Assembly: GCA_035480035.1 (NCBI GenBank)
Contig: DATIID010000001.1
Location: forward strand, 393,323-457,322
Length of the DNA stretch: 64,000 nucleotides
Direction: 5' to 3'
Source: Candidatus Saccharimonadales bacterium
GTDB taxonomy: Bacteria; Patescibacteriota; Saccharimonadia; Saccharimonadales; OMJO01
The notes beneath the pieces were generated by a model. The model was not told the origin of the DNA. It did not search any database and was given only the letters and a program-made list of their open reading frames with translations. Both the position numbers and the translations under genes were made by a program. Positions 9,434 to 21,341 of this stretch are shown piece after piece. Every line of letters starts with the position of its first letter. Position 1 is the stretch's first letter.

Positions 9434-11320
9434 TTATCGTAAGACAGCTTTAATTCTTCTAATCCCGGCCGAACTAGATTCTTCCTTAACAATTTTAAAT
9501 TTCTTGCCATCCTCGAACAGTTCCAGAGTATGCTCAACATGTGGACCGCCACAAATCTCAAAGCTAAACGGTTTATCGGCATCGTCAGCTTGCATGTTAT
9601 AAACCTTAACTTCATCTCCATAACGGTCACCAAATTGACCAAGCGCGTGTTTTTCATTAATTGCTACGTCGGTCGGATACTCTTTCCAGGTCACCTTTAG
9701 ATCTTTGCTAATCTGCTCGTTAACAATATCTTCGACTTTTTTAATTTCATCGTCAGTAACTTTCCCAGTATGACTGAAGTCAAATCTTAACCGTTCTTCG
9801 GTAATATTACTGCCACGTTGAATGACATGGTCACCGAGCACATCGCGTAAGGCTTGGTACATCAAATGTGTGGCGGTGTGGTACTTCTTGTGTTGAAGTG
9901 TATGACCACCTAGCCCCCCTTTGAACGTGCCCTTACTGGCAGTCTGGCTACGCTCACGCTGCTCAACCATTTTCTCATCAAATGCTTTTTGCCAATCTTT
10001 CGATACATCAAAACCTAACGTAACAGCTTCCTCGACACTGAGCTCTACTGGAAAACCATAAGTATCGTACAGAGCAAAAATTTGCTCACCAGTTAATCTA
10101 CCGTCAGCTGCCATCTTTTGGAGTTCTTTAACACCTTTGCGCAGGGTTTGACGGAATATTTTTTCTTCTTTCATTAGAACATCAATCACTTCTTGTCGTT
10201 TCGACGCAACTTCTGGAAAATCTTGATGGTATAAATCGGCTATAACTGGCACAATTTGTTCCATAAAGTTCTGTTCGATACCCAGATCAAAGGCAAACCG
10301 TATAGCCCGTCTCATTAAACGACGCATCACATAACCTTGTGATTTATTGCTGGGCATAACACCGTCAACTGCTAAAAACGTAGCCGCTCGTAAGTGATCG
10401 GCAACTACCCTCATACTTTCCTGATGACTGTCATAGTTTTTCCGGCTGAGTTGTTCTAATTTACCTATAATTGGTTTTAGCAGACTAATTTTAAAGACAT
10501 CGGGGCTGTTGATTGCGGCGGTGGCGATACGCTCTAAACCGCCACCAAAATCAACATTGGGCTTAGTGAGCGGCTCAAAGGCTTTGTCGGTGCGCTTATA
10601 AGCCATAAAAACACTGTTGGCAATTTCAATAAAGCGCCCACAGTCACAGTTAGGATGACAATTTTTACCCCATTTTTCATCGTGTTCTAAACCGAAATCA
10701 TAAAAAACTTCAGTGTCCGGACCGCACGGTTCGCCGACTGGTGTGTTAGCTTCGTTGCCCGCTCGACTCCACCAATTTTTACTACCGTCGTAAAAGAATA
10801 TCCGAGCTTTACCCATGCCCTTGTTATAACCATCAGTTTCTGAACCTATATCGGTTTGTTTGGCATCAATGCCGGTTTTCTCAAAAAGTTTACGCCACAA
10901 GTCAGCCGCTGTAGTGTCTTTTGGTATATCAAATTCTTTGTTGCCAATATAACAGGTAATATACAGTTTGTTTGGATCTAAGCCGACTTTTTTGGTTAAA
11001 AAATCAAATAACCATGAAATTTCTTCATCTTTGAAATAATCGCCCAGGCTCCAGTTGCCAAGCATTTCGAAAAAAGTGGTATGGCGATTATCGCCAACTT
11101 CATCTATGTCCTGGGCTCGTAGGCAAGTTTGGCTGTTGACCAGCCGAGTACCTTTTGGATGCTTTTCACCCAATAAATATGGAATCAAGGGTTGCATGCC
11201 GCTACCAGTGAATAGGGTAGTTGGATCATTCTCCGGTACAATCCGGGCCCTTGGGATTACCACATGCCCATTTTTTTCAAAAAAATCTAAGTAAGCTTTA
11301 CGTATTTCCTGAGCTGTCAT
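9434..11320 (-). CDS. alaS: alanine--tRNA ligase, short form (catalytic, tRNA-binding and editing domains; no C-Ala/DHHA1-like tail)
   Basis: MTAQEIRKAYLDFFEKNGHVVIPRARIVPENDPTTLFTGSGMQ is the canonical AlaRS start. Editing-site motifs HTATHLM and CGGPHV lie near the C-terminus. The protein is only 628 aa. Confidence 0.9.
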   Translation of the reverse strand: MTAQEIRKAYLDFFEKNGHVVIPRARIVPENDPTTLFTGSGMQPLIPYLLGEKHPKGTRLVNSQTCLRAQDIDEVGDNRHTTFFEMLGNWSLGDYFKDEEISWLFDFLTKKVGLDPNKLYITCYIGNKEFDIPKDTTAADLWRKLFEKTGIDAKQTDIGSETDGYNKGMGKARIFFYDGSKNWWSRAGNEANTPVGEPCGPDTEVFYDFGLEHDEKWGKNCHPNCDCGRFIEIANSVFMAYKRTDKAFEPLTKPNVDFGGGLERIATAAINSPDVFKISLLKPIIGKLEQLSRKNYDSHQESMRVVADHLRAATFLAVDGVMPSNKSQGYVMRRLMRRAIRFAFDLGIEQNFMEQIVPVIADLYHQDFPEVASKRQEVIDVLMKEEKIFRQTLRKGVKELQKMAADGRLTGEQIFALYDTYGFPVELSVEEAVTLGFDVSKDWQKAFDEKMVEQRERSQTASKGTFKGGLGGHTLQHKKYHTATHLMYQALRDVLGDHVIQRGSNITEERLRFDFSHTGKVTDDEIKKVEDIVNEQISKDLKVTWKEYPTDVAINEKHALGQFGDRYGDEVKVYNMQADDADKPFSFEICGGPHVEHTLELFEDGKKFKIVKEESSSAGIRRIKAVLR

Positions 11321-11335
11321 ATCTCGATTATTGTA

Positions 11336-12376
11336 TCAGATGATAACGCCGCCGCCGAGCACGTGTGAACCATCATAAAGTACCGCCGATTGACCGGGCG
11401 TCAAAGCCCGTAGCTGACTTGTTAACTTAATTGTAGCTCGACTGCCTATAAACTCAATCTGGCATTCTTCAAGAGGAGCGCGGTGCCGCGTTCGGACCTG
11501 CAATTTTTGACCTGGTGTTGGAGGTTGATTTATCCAATGCAGGCTAGAAATCTGAAACGACTTTTGCCAAAGTTTGTTATCGTTTAAGTCACTTGTAACA
11601 TAAACTTCGTTCTGGTCCATACTTTTGCCAGTAACATAGTATGGCAGACCGCCACCTACGTCGAGCCCGTGTCGTTGGCCAATTGTGTAGAAAATTGCAC
11701 CGTCGTGCTCGCCAAGCAATTTTCCATCCTGGCTGATAATTTTGCCGGGTTTGGTTTTAACGTATTGTTGCAAAAATTCTTTGATGCCTACTTTGCCAAC
11801 AAAGCAAATACCCATGCTCTCTTTTTTGGCAGCCGTAGCCAAACTAAACTGTTTAGCCAACTTACGCACTTCTGGCTTAGTGTAATCGCCGATTGGAAAT
11901 AGTGTTTTTGTTAGCGCTTTCTCACTTACCCGATATAAAAAATAAGTTTGGTCTTTATTAGCATCTTTGGCGGTCAGCAGTTGACCTTGATTAGCACGAG
12001 CGTAATGACCGGTAGCAATTAAATCAGCCCCATTTTCTAGTGCTGTATCTAGAAATAATTTAAATTTGATCTCCTGGTTGCACATAATGTCCGGATTCGG
12101 TGTAATACCAGCTTTGAAGCCATCAATCATGTAATCCACAACTTTGTCGTGATACTGTTTTTCAAAATCAAACATCTTAAATGGTATGTCGAGTTGTACA
12201 GCAACGCGCTTAGCATCCTGAAAATCTTCTTTCCAAGGACAGGGATAGCCCGGAATGTCTTGACTCCAATTCTTCATATAGACACCGGTGACGTCGTAAC
12301 CTTGTTGTTTTAACAAGGTCGCCGTGACTGATGAATCGACTCCGCCAGACAGACCAACATAAACTTTTTTAGCCAT
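11336..12376 (-). CDS. mnmA: tRNA 2-thiouridine(34) synthase MnmA
   Basis: PP-loop VGLSGGVDSSV, 346 aa, MnmA-like throughout. Confidence 0.9.
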   Translation of the reverse strand: MAKKVYVGLSGGVDSSVTATLLKQQGYDVTGVYMKNWSQDIPGYPCPWKEDFQDAKRVAVQLDIPFKMFDFEKQYHDKVVDYMIDGFKAGITPNPDIMCNQEIKFKLFLDTALENGADLIATGHYARANQGQLLTAKDANKDQTYFLYRVSEKALTKTLFPIGDYTKPEVRKLAKQFSLATAAKKESMGICFVGKVGIKEFLQQYVKTKPGKIISQDGKLLGEHDGAIFYTIGQRHGLDVGGGLPYYVTGKSMDQNEVYVTSDLNDNKLWQKSFQISSLHWINQPPTPGQKLQVRTRHRAPLEECQIEFIGSRATIKLTSQLRALTPGQSAVLYDGSHVLGGGVII

Positions 12377-12384
12377 GACCAGTT

Positions 12385-12393
12385 ATTTTAACA
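12385..12393 (-). promoter_or_regulatory. extended -10 box TGTTAAAAT, 8 nt upstream of the mnmA ATG (leaderless-type promoter)
   Basis: Plus strand attttaaca at 12385..12393 reads tgttaaaat on the minus strand. There is no Shine-Dalgarno sequence between the box and the ATG at 12376. Confidence 0.5.
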
Positions 12394-12410
12394 GATTTAC
12401 CCCTGTTATT

Positions 12411-12740
12411 CTAGACGTCTAAGAAAACAATGACCTTGTCGGCTTTGACGTGCATGACGCCTTTATTGATCATAAATTTTTCTTCGGTTTTTTCAGTCCT
12501 AACTACTAGTTCGCATGGATTGAGGAGGGTCATAAAGTTGTGGTGCCTAGGCAAAATATCAAACGGACCGGTGTCATTAACCGCCGAAACACTAGTACCT
12601 TGACCATCAAAGTAAGTCCTAAACGGCCCATAAACTTTGATATACATCGTTTTTTTATCCGGCTGTTTAGGTTCGGCTTTATCAGTTTTATTAGCCTTTT
12701 TAACAGCGTCAATTTTGGCTTGAAGAGACTTATCGGCCAT
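12411..12740 (-). CDS. atpC: F-type ATP synthase epsilon subunit (divergent, Lys-rich N-terminal extension)
   Basis: Lies directly downstream of atpD. The beta-sandwich region FDILPRHHNFMTLL is epsilon-like. Confidence 0.7.
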   Translation of the reverse strand: MADKSLQAKIDAVKKANKTDKAEPKQPDKKTMYIKVYGPFRTYFDGQGTSVSAVNDTGPFDILPRHHNFMTLLNPCELVVRTEKTEEKFMINKGVMHVKADKVIVFLDV

Positions 12741-12743
12741 GGT

Positions 12744-14891
<2,148 letters not shown>

Positions 14892-14908
<17 letters not shown>

Positions 14909-16469
14909 CTTCGTGATCCCTAGCTTTTGGTTCTTCCTTAACTTCATCCGGTTTGATAATCGTACCGCTACTTACATTAGCTTCTGATTCCTCGGCGGGT
15001 CCTTTTGTTGGTTCTTCTGATTCAGATTTAGGTTTAGTAATTAATGATTTTTCTAATAGTTCCGCCTTGACTTGTTCATAATCAGCATCGGTTTTGACCA
15101 TTTCACCATATTGTTTAACATTTAGTTTCAGCCCCGGAATGTCCAATTTTTGGCCTTCACCATGGTTTAAGATAATATCAAGCATTAATTGTTGAGCCAT
15201 TAATGAATAAGTTTCGCTAGGCTGTTGGTTAATAATTTCCAAGATATTAAGTCCGGTTTGAAATGATTTCTTGGCTTCTTCAGCCAGTTCGGTGCCAAAG
15301 TGTGAAAATTCTTCGGCTTGTCGATATTCGGCCAAGACTTTTAGTGCTTTGGCAGCCAAAGCTTTCTGCCGCTTATTGTGACCAACCCCACCAACCCGAG
15401 TAACACTTAAGCCCATACTAACTGCCGGCCTAATGCCCTTACGAAAGGTTTCCATATCCAAAATCCATTGACCATCGGTGATTGACATAATGTTGGTTGG
15501 TAAGTATGCAGTAATGTCGCCACCCGCGGCTAAGACCACAGGGATACTTGTCAAATGCTTGCCATTTTTGCTTATTCGTCCAGCTCTCTCAAGCAAACTA
15601 GAATGAGCATAAAACATATCGCCCGGATAAGAATCACGACCAGGGCTAATACCTGACAACAAAGCAATCTCACGATAGGCGTGGGCGTGAGAAGTTAAAT
15701 CATCATAGATGATAATGGTATCTTGATTGCAAGTTTGCCAGAGGTACTCCGCTAAAGCGCAAGCCACATATGGTGCCAGATAGCTAAGAATCAACGATTC
15801 AAACATTGTCGAAACTACTACAATTGCTTTTTCAAGACCGCCATTTTCTTTCAACCTAGTCAGAAGCGTATCGACATCACTACGCCTTTTGGCTATTAAG
15901 GCATAAACCACAACTTGATCAGTATTTTTTTGATTTGTCGTCAATTGAGTAACTAGACTACTTTTGCCCGATTTGCTGTCACCGAGTACCGCCAGACGTT
16001 GACCACGTACCACCGGAAACAATGCATCAATAACGGTCACCCCGCTCTCCAGCTGGGTATCCAATAACTTTCGGGAGTGTAGGGGTGGGGCAGCATTAAA
16101 CACCGGCCAAACGGCATCAGTGGCGATTGGACCCTTACCATCAAGTGGATCACCGGTCACTGAAATCACCCGGCCAATGTAGTCTTTGCCAACTTTACTA
16201 ACTAATTCTTGGTGTTGAATCACCGCAACTAGACCAGTTTGAAGGGTGGTATTGCCTAAGTGCAAGGCTACAACATAGTCGTCAAAAATTTGGTGAATAA
16301 TACCTTTGGAGCCGTCTTCAAACATGATTAAGGAGTGAATATTACAAGGTTGCATACCAGAAAGCTTAACTAGAAACTTGTTAACGCCAATGACTTCACC
16401 AACTGGGTTGCCGGATTTCACCAGACTATCAAAATGTAGGCCTGTTGATGTTTTGGTGGCCTCACTCAT
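14892..16469 (-). CDS. atpA: F-type ATP synthase alpha subunit (variant P-loop GDSKSGKSS, acidic/Lys-rich C-terminal tail)
   Basis: Alpha-type fold blocks are present (VGRVISVTGDPLDGKG, GDSKSGKS, YDDLTSHAHAYREIALL, PGDMFYAHSSLLERA). There are about 45 extra C-terminal residues rich in E, K and P. Confidence 0.9.
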
Positions 16470-16960
16470 TCAATTAAACCTTCTATTTCGCGAACCAACA
16501 TTGGCTTATGCTTCTTAATATTTTCGCGCAAACTAAAATCAAAAAATTTGTTTTGGGCACGAATTGTACAACCAGCGCCAATGGTTGGTTGTAAACCAAT
16601 TTTTAATAGTACCAGCGGATGAATTTCCGATCTCAGCCAAGTAATTAATTTTTGTAGAAAAAACGGCGAAGGGTCAGCACCAAAACTAATGTGCAAAACT
16701 GGTGCCTCCTTGTGCAAAACCACTAACATGTCAATTAGTCGTCGGCGGTCAGTTTTAACTAGCAGGTTTAATTTATTTAAGTTTAGCATTTCGTCCATCA
16801 GCCGGCTGCTCTTGGGTAAATTTACATTGGTGCCTGGTTTTCGAATTGCTGCCTGCATTAAAAATTCGTCAACCGACTCTGCTTCTCTTAGCAGTCTTGA
16901 TGCGTCGATCCGCGTTACTACTGTCAAGGGTAATTGTAAAATGTTATGTTTAGGCCCCAT
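16466..16960 (-). CDS. atpH: F-type ATP synthase delta (OSCP) subunit, divergent
   Basis: Position between atpF and atpA. The C-terminal block LQPTIGAGCTIRAQNKFFDFSLRENIKK resembles the OSCP signature. Confidence 0.65.
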   Translation of the reverse strand: MGPKHNILQLPLTVVTRIDASRLLREAESVDEFLMQAAIRKPGTNVNLPKSSRLMDEMLNLNKLNLLVKTDRRRLIDMLVVLHKEAPVLHISFGADPSPFFLQKLITWLRSEIHPLVLLKIGLQPTIGAGCTIRAQNKFFDFSLRENIKKHKPMLVREIEGLIE

Positions 16961-17558
16961 TGGTTATATCCTGAATAATTTCTTCTTTGTGGGATTCCAT
17001 GTCAGCCAAGATGTATTCCAGTTGATCATTGAGATCAATCTGATCACCAATCGCTGTTAGAACATAGTGGTTGACGATATCAGCCATATTGGTCTCAAAG
17101 CGCTTGAGAAGTCGGCCTTTTTCGTTAGTTAATTCTTTGACTAATTGTTGGCTCATCATCTGGCGCTGAAGATCAATCGCTTGTTGGGTTTTGGTTATCG
17201 AATTTATTGCCAACTGCTTGGCGTCATCGATGGATTCTTCATACTTGGAGAATTCGTCTTGTAATTTTTTGGTAATCTCGCTCTTCATGAATTCATTCAG
17301 CTGGGAAGTGGTTAGTCGTAGGTCTTGCTGTAAAAACATGGCGTTTTCACCGATAATCTTTTCGAAATGAAGCCGGCCTCGGTTACGCAACTCTTCACGA
17401 AACTCATCATTAAAGATGTGCTCAACGTCCTGTTTGGCCATCTCCGTAAAGTCTTTTTCAGCCTTATTACTGTTGCCAACCCTTAGAGCCATCCAGACAA
17501 AACTTGCCGTACAAGCCGCCAAACTGCCGACAATCAGTGCAAGTTCTCCGATATTCAC
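16950..17558 (-). CDS. atpF: F-type ATP synthase subunit b (peripheral stalk)
   Basis: One N-terminal TM helix followed by a long charged helix. It is the first gene of the cluster and has a GTG start. Confidence 0.65.
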   Translation of the reverse strand: MNIGELALIVGSLAACTASFVWMALRVGNSNKAEKDFTEMAKQDVEHIFNDEFREELRNRGRLHFEKIIGENAMFLQQDLRLTTSQLNEFMKSEITKKLQDEFSKYEESIDDAKQLAINSITKTQQAIDLQRQMMSQQLVKELTNEKGRLLKRFETNMADIVNHYVLTAIGDQIDLNDQLEYILADMESHKEEIIQDITNGA

Positions 17559-17815
17559 TTTGGTATTACCACCCTAAACCATAAACGTTATTTCTTAGTA
17601 GTAAATATACCTTAAACACCCCAGATACGCCAGCCCAAAACGCAGCTTTATTATAGCCAGCATTTTATTTATAAATTTGGTGAGCTAAGCGACTAAACTA
17701 TGCGATAGACTGAATGTCACTAAAGAGACCAGGCCAACCAATGCAATAAAGCGTTTGGAAAAGACGAGTGACTTAATTTTTGTTTTGGACATGACTAGGT
17801 TTTAGTATAGCGCGT

Positions 17816-18970
17816 TTAGTCAAGTTGGCAACTTGCTACCAGTGCATCGACAGTTTTTATGATGTCCGACTCGGTGGTATGACGGCCCATGGTAAACCGG
17901 AGGCTGGCACGTGCTGCTTTGTCACTCAGGCCGATAGACTTTAGGACATGCGATGGCTCATCATTACTAGCACTACAGGCCGAACCAACCGCACATTGAA
18001 TGCCGTGGTCGTCCAGACGCATCATCAGAGTCTCGTTATCTTGACCAGGAATAGTCAAGTGTACGTTATTTGGCAGTCGCTGTTTCAGCGAACCATTGAT
18101 TTGCGTGGTTGGCAGTCGCTGGCTAAGTTTTTCAAAAAATATATCTTGAAGTTTTTTTAGGCGCCTAGCTTCAGTTTGACGACCAGTCTGGGCTAGATTA
18201 AGCGCTTCAGCAAAACCAACTACCGCTGCGACATTCTCGGTACCACTTCGTCGATTAAATTCCTGACCACCGCCCAAAATTTGCGGTTCAATAATGGTGC
18301 TGGCCTTAATGAATAAAGCGCCGCATTGTTTTGGCCCATAAATCTTCCCACTGTTAATGGTCATCATGTCCACACCTAATCCTTTAACATGTAAATCCAA
18401 ATAATTGGCCGCCTGACAAGCATCAACATGAAAATATAATGGTCGACTATTACCGGCTTTTTGGCGTTGCTTAACTAGCCCTTTGATCTCATTAGCGATC
18501 TGTTTAATTGGTTCGATGGTGCCTATCTCATTATTGGCATACATGATGCTAACCAAAACAGTTTGATCATTAATTAACTTGACTAGTTTTACGATGTCAA
18601 CTTGCCCGTCGACCTTAACTGGAGCTATTTGATGAGAATAGTGTTTGGCTGGTTCAAGTACAGATTCATGTTCAATTGCACTGACAATCAAATTGCTGTC
18701 CGGGAAAGCCTGCATAATTCCATGCAACGCTAAATTATTGGCTTCGGTGCCGCCAGCCGTAAAAATTACTTCGCTTGGTCGGGCGCCCAACCAATTAGCC
18801 ACTTTTGCTCGTGCCACCATCAAATCAGCCGCCACTTGGCGAGCAGCTGAATATTGAGCTGAAGCATTATAGAATTTTTGATCAAAATAGGGCGCCATAG
18901 ACTTTAACACTTGAGGTTCAATTGGGGTGGCAGCAGCGTAATCAAGATATATATTTTTTGTCATAACCAC
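17816..18970 (-). CDS. cysteine desulfurase (class V aminotransferase, NifS/IscS-like)
   Basis: GGTEANN, HVDACQA, and the PLP-lysine context TINSGKIYGPK. 384 aa. Confidence 0.85.
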   Translation of the reverse strand: MVMTKNIYLDYAAATPIEPQVLKSMAPYFDQKFYNASAQYSAARQVAADLMVARAKVANWLGARPSEVIFTAGGTEANNLALHGIMQAFPDSNLIVSAIEHESVLEPAKHYSHQIAPVKVDGQVDIVKLVKLINDQTVLVSIMYANNEIGTIEPIKQIANEIKGLVKQRQKAGNSRPLYFHVDACQAANYLDLHVKGLGVDMMTINSGKIYGPKQCGALFIKASTIIEPQILGGGQEFNRRSGTENVAAVVGFAEALNLAQTGRQTEARRLKKLQDIFFEKLSQRLPTTQINGSLKQRLPNNVHLTIPGQDNETLMMRLDDHGIQCAVGSACSASNDEPSHVLKSIGLSDKAARASLRFTMGRHTTESDIIKTVDALVASCQLD

Positions 18971-18973
18971 CTT

Positions 18974-19351
18974 CTATGACAAGTAGATTACCTGTCGGTA
19001 CATCTGTTTAAACACCTGTTGCTTATAAGCTTCAGCAGCCCGTTTTAAACGACCAGCTTCAGTTTTGGATAAACGTGTGTACTGTTGCCCATCCTGGGCT
19101 TTATAAATACCCTTGGGACGCACATCATAGCGAGTAGTCGTTTGGTGACGAAAGCCATTAATATCAATCCACTCTTCATGCCAAATCCAGGTTCGCTCGT
19201 CAAAACAAAAAAATTCCCGACGTCCGCCTGACATATTACCAAATAATTCACCGCCGATTTTAGCTTCATGACGAATTAAATTACGATACAGTTCAGCCCG
19301 GTGCTCGGTCTGTCGCTGCGCCAGGGTATATTTCATCATTCGCTGAATCAT
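18974..19351 (-). CDS. hypothetical protein
   Basis: 125-aa ORF, tightly packed in a same-strand gene string. No family recognised. Confidence 0.5.
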   Translation of the reverse strand: MIQRMMKYTLAQRQTEHRAELYRNLIRHEAKIGGELFGNMSGGRREFFCFDERTWIWHEEWIDINGFRHQTTTRYDVRPKGIYKAQDGQQYTRLSKTEAGRLKRAAEAYKQQVFKQMYRQVIYLS

Positions 19352-19623
19352 GACTTATCCCCAGTTGAGTTATACAGCTCTTCCAAGTATTGTCGGGCAG
19401 ACGACTCTTCACTTAACTGATTCTCAGTTGTTGTTTGCCCCACATTAACCTTTGGGTCTATCTGATAGTTACTAGTAGCTTGACCAATGTCATCTGGTGT
19501 ATTAGCCTCGGCCAAAACTATATTTTCAATAGCTTTGTTGATGATATTGATGCGCTGTTTTAAAGCGAGTATAGCTGAATCCAGTGGATCGGGTCGGTAT
19601 TTTGATGATTGGTTATCATTCAT
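19348..19623 (-). CDS. hypothetical protein
   Basis: 91-aa ORF with a 4-nt overlap with the downstream gene. No family recognised. Confidence 0.45.
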   Translation of the reverse strand: MNDNQSSKYRPDPLDSAILALKQRINIINKAIENIVLAEANTPDDIGQATSNYQIDPKVNVGQTTTENQLSEESSARQYLEELYNSTGDKS

Positions 19624-19629
19624 AGTTTG

Positions 19630-20400
19630 TTAGTCCAGATTAAACAGTTTGGCTGCATTAGCAGTTGTGGCTGCCGCTAAAGTCTCAAGCGGTTCGTGCC
19701 GAAGCTGCGCCAAAAACTCAGCAACCACCCGCACATGTTTCGGTTGACAGATTGTACCTCTAAATGGAACAGGGGTCAAGAAGGGCGCATCGGTTTCCAG
19801 CAACAAATGGTCTAAAGGTATACTTTTAGCGGCCGATAATTGAGCTGAATTTTTGGTAAATGTCATGATGCCGTTTAAGCCGACCATTAAGCCCCGTTCT
19901 AAGACCTGATCGAGTTCTTTTTGAGTAGCACTGAAACTATGGATTACCCCTCTCACTTGATATTTGTCAAATATTGGCCAAAAATCATCAAAGGCATCAC
20001 GGATATGAAAAATCATTGGCAAATTATATTCCGCTGCTAGATCTAACTGATACCGCAGTAATTTTACTTGGTCATCTTTAGACGAGTGCTCATAAAAATA
20101 ATCTAAGCCGGCCTCACCGATGGCAACCACTTTCGGTTTGGTGGCTAAATCTCTGAATTGCTGAAGCTTAGATTGATCATTCACGTAATGTTTAGCTTCA
20201 TGTGGGTGCAAACCAATACTGGCCCAAACTTTTGGTTCTTGCTCAGCCAACCTAATCGCTAGACGACTGTCCTCAAGTGTGCAGCCAACGCACATTAGCC
20301 CGGTCACGCCAGCTTTACTTGCATCATTAATCACTGTTTCGACGTTCAAAGGATAGTCCGGAAAATGAATGTGGCAATGGGTGTCAATTAACTCCAACAT
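19630..20400 (-). CDS. TatD-family metal-dependent hydrolase/DNase
   Basis: LIDTHCHIHF start motif, then EAGLDY, HIRDA, HSF and ETDAPF. Confidence 0.9.
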   Translation of the reverse strand: MLELIDTHCHIHFPDYPLNVETVINDASKAGVTGLMCVGCTLEDSRLAIRLAEQEPKVWASIGLHPHEAKHYVNDQSKLQQFRDLATKPKVVAIGEAGLDYFYEHSSKDDQVKLLRYQLDLAAEYNLPMIFHIRDAFDDFWPIFDKYQVRGVIHSFSATQKELDQVLERGLMVGLNGIMTFTKNSAQLSAAKSIPLDHLLLETDAPFLTPVPFRGTICQPKHVRVVAEFLAQLRHEPLETLAAATTANAAKLFNLD

Positions 20401-20466
20401 AGCTCTATTTTACACCTATCATTTTGTCTTATTTTATTGCCTGCATTGAAACGTGATTATAGTTAC

Positions 20467-20474
20467 TGTACAAT
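20467..20474 (+). promoter_or_regulatory. -10 box (tgTACAAT), 10 nt upstream of the ATG at 20485
   Basis: ctgtacaat at 20466..20474. No SD before the ATG. Confidence 0.4.
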
Positions 20475-20484
20475 AGACATTAAT

Positions 20485-21162
20485 ATGCTCGCTCCAGTGG
20501 TTGTTACTCCAGAAGTGTATGTTGACGCCGTCATTTTTCAGCTAATCGATGACGAATTGGCGGTTTTATTAACGCAACGTGAATTAAATCCATTCAAAGG
20601 TAAATGGGCTTTGCCGGGAGGTATAAACCCAATTGAAGAAACCACTTACCGCGCCATGGAGCGAATTTTGAAGGAAAAAACCAATGTCAGGGTTTCGGAA
20701 CTCGGTTTTATTGAACAACTCTATACCTTTGATACTGTCGTTGGTAACCCACGTGGTCCGGCCGTTTCGGTAATTTATGTGGGTCTAGGCAAAAACATTA
20801 CCCCAAGAGCTACTCCAATCAGTCGTAATTCGCAGTTTTTTTCAGTAAAACAGGTGCCCAATTTGGCTTTTGATCATAATGAGATTGTTCACTATGCCCA
20901 CCAGCGACTGAAGTCAAAGCTGTCGTATACTAACGCTGTTTTCGCTCTGCTACCCAAGTTATTTACGCTTTCACAACTTCAAGACTCCTATGAAGCTGTG
21001 CTGGAGCAATCTCTCGACAAACGTAATTTTCGTAAAAAATTCTTAAGTCTCGACCTTATACAGCCAACTACTGAATTCCAAATGACTGGCGCCCATCGCC
21101 CAGCCAAATTGTATAGATTCAATGTTCAATCGTTGTCCTACCTTAATCGAAGCTTTGATTAA
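20485..21162 (+). CDS. NrtR-like regulator: degenerate Nudix domain plus C-terminal winged-helix domain
   Basis: The Nudix box GGINPIEETTYRAMERILKEKTNV lacks the catalytic REUxEE glutamates. The C-terminal FTLSQLQDSYEAVLEQSLDKRNFRKKFLSLDLI...RPAKLYRF matches the NrtR winged-helix block as I remember it. The ORF track starts at a TTG at 20437. The ATG at 20485 (MLAPVVV) is more likely. Confidence 0.65.
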   Translation: MLAPVVVTPEVYVDAVIFQLIDDELAVLLTQRELNPFKGKWALPGGINPIEETTYRAMERILKEKTNVRVSELGFIEQLYTFDTVVGNPRGPAVSVIYVGLGKNITPRATPISRNSQFFSVKQVPNLAFDHNEIVHYAHQRLKSKLSYTNAVFALLPKLFTLSQLQDSYEAVLEQSLDKRNFRKKFLSLDLIQPTTEFQMTGAHRPAKLYRFNVQSLSYLNRSFD

Positions 21163-21213
21163 TACTCTTTAGGTAGCTTAAGCGTTTATCCACAGTTATA
21201 TTTCTATATAGTG

Positions 21214-21241
21214 TTGACAATACACTAAGCAGAGTTACAAT
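21214..21241 (+). promoter_or_regulatory. sigma70-like promoter: TTGACA, 16-nt spacer, TACAAT
   Basis: ttgaca at 21214..21219 and tacaat at 21236..21241. A 9-bp inverted repeat brackets the -10 box (atacactaa 21220..21228, ttagtgtat 21249..21257). Confidence 0.55.
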
Positions 21242-21279
21242 AAGGTTGTTAGTGTATCGATAACAATAAGGAGGGCTCA

Positions 21280-21315
21280 ATGAACAAACAAATAATAAAA
21301 ATTCTCAAACTTTGA
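21280..21315 (+). CDS. candidate 11-codon leader/micro-ORF (MNKQIIKILKL)
   Basis: Strong SD aaggaggg 6 nt upstream, 39 nt downstream of the promoter -10. Too short for the ORF track. Confidence 0.3.
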   Translation: MNKQIIKILKL

Positions 21316-21341
21316 GAGTTTAAGAAAGAGGGAGGTCTATT

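Noticed and set aside
9409-9657. An 82-aa minus-strand ORF overlapping the 3' end of alaS, together with the many 60-150-aa ORFs nested in or antisense to larger genes throughout the track
   Set aside because: These are alternative frames of confidently assigned genes. None has independent motif support.
12381-12410. The hairpin taacag-N9-ctgtta between atpC and mnmA considered as the atp operon terminator
   Set aside because: No U-tract follows it on the minus strand. The sequence is better explained as the extended -10 box of mnmA plus one copy of the AACAGGGGTA motif.
17688-17792. A 34-codon hydrophobic sORF between the cysteine desulfurase gene and atpF, considered as a possible ATP synthase c subunit
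   Set aside because: It is too short, lacks the Gly-rich helix-hairpin pattern and the conserved carboxylate context, and has no convincing SD. I keep it only as a note within the ATP synthase finding.
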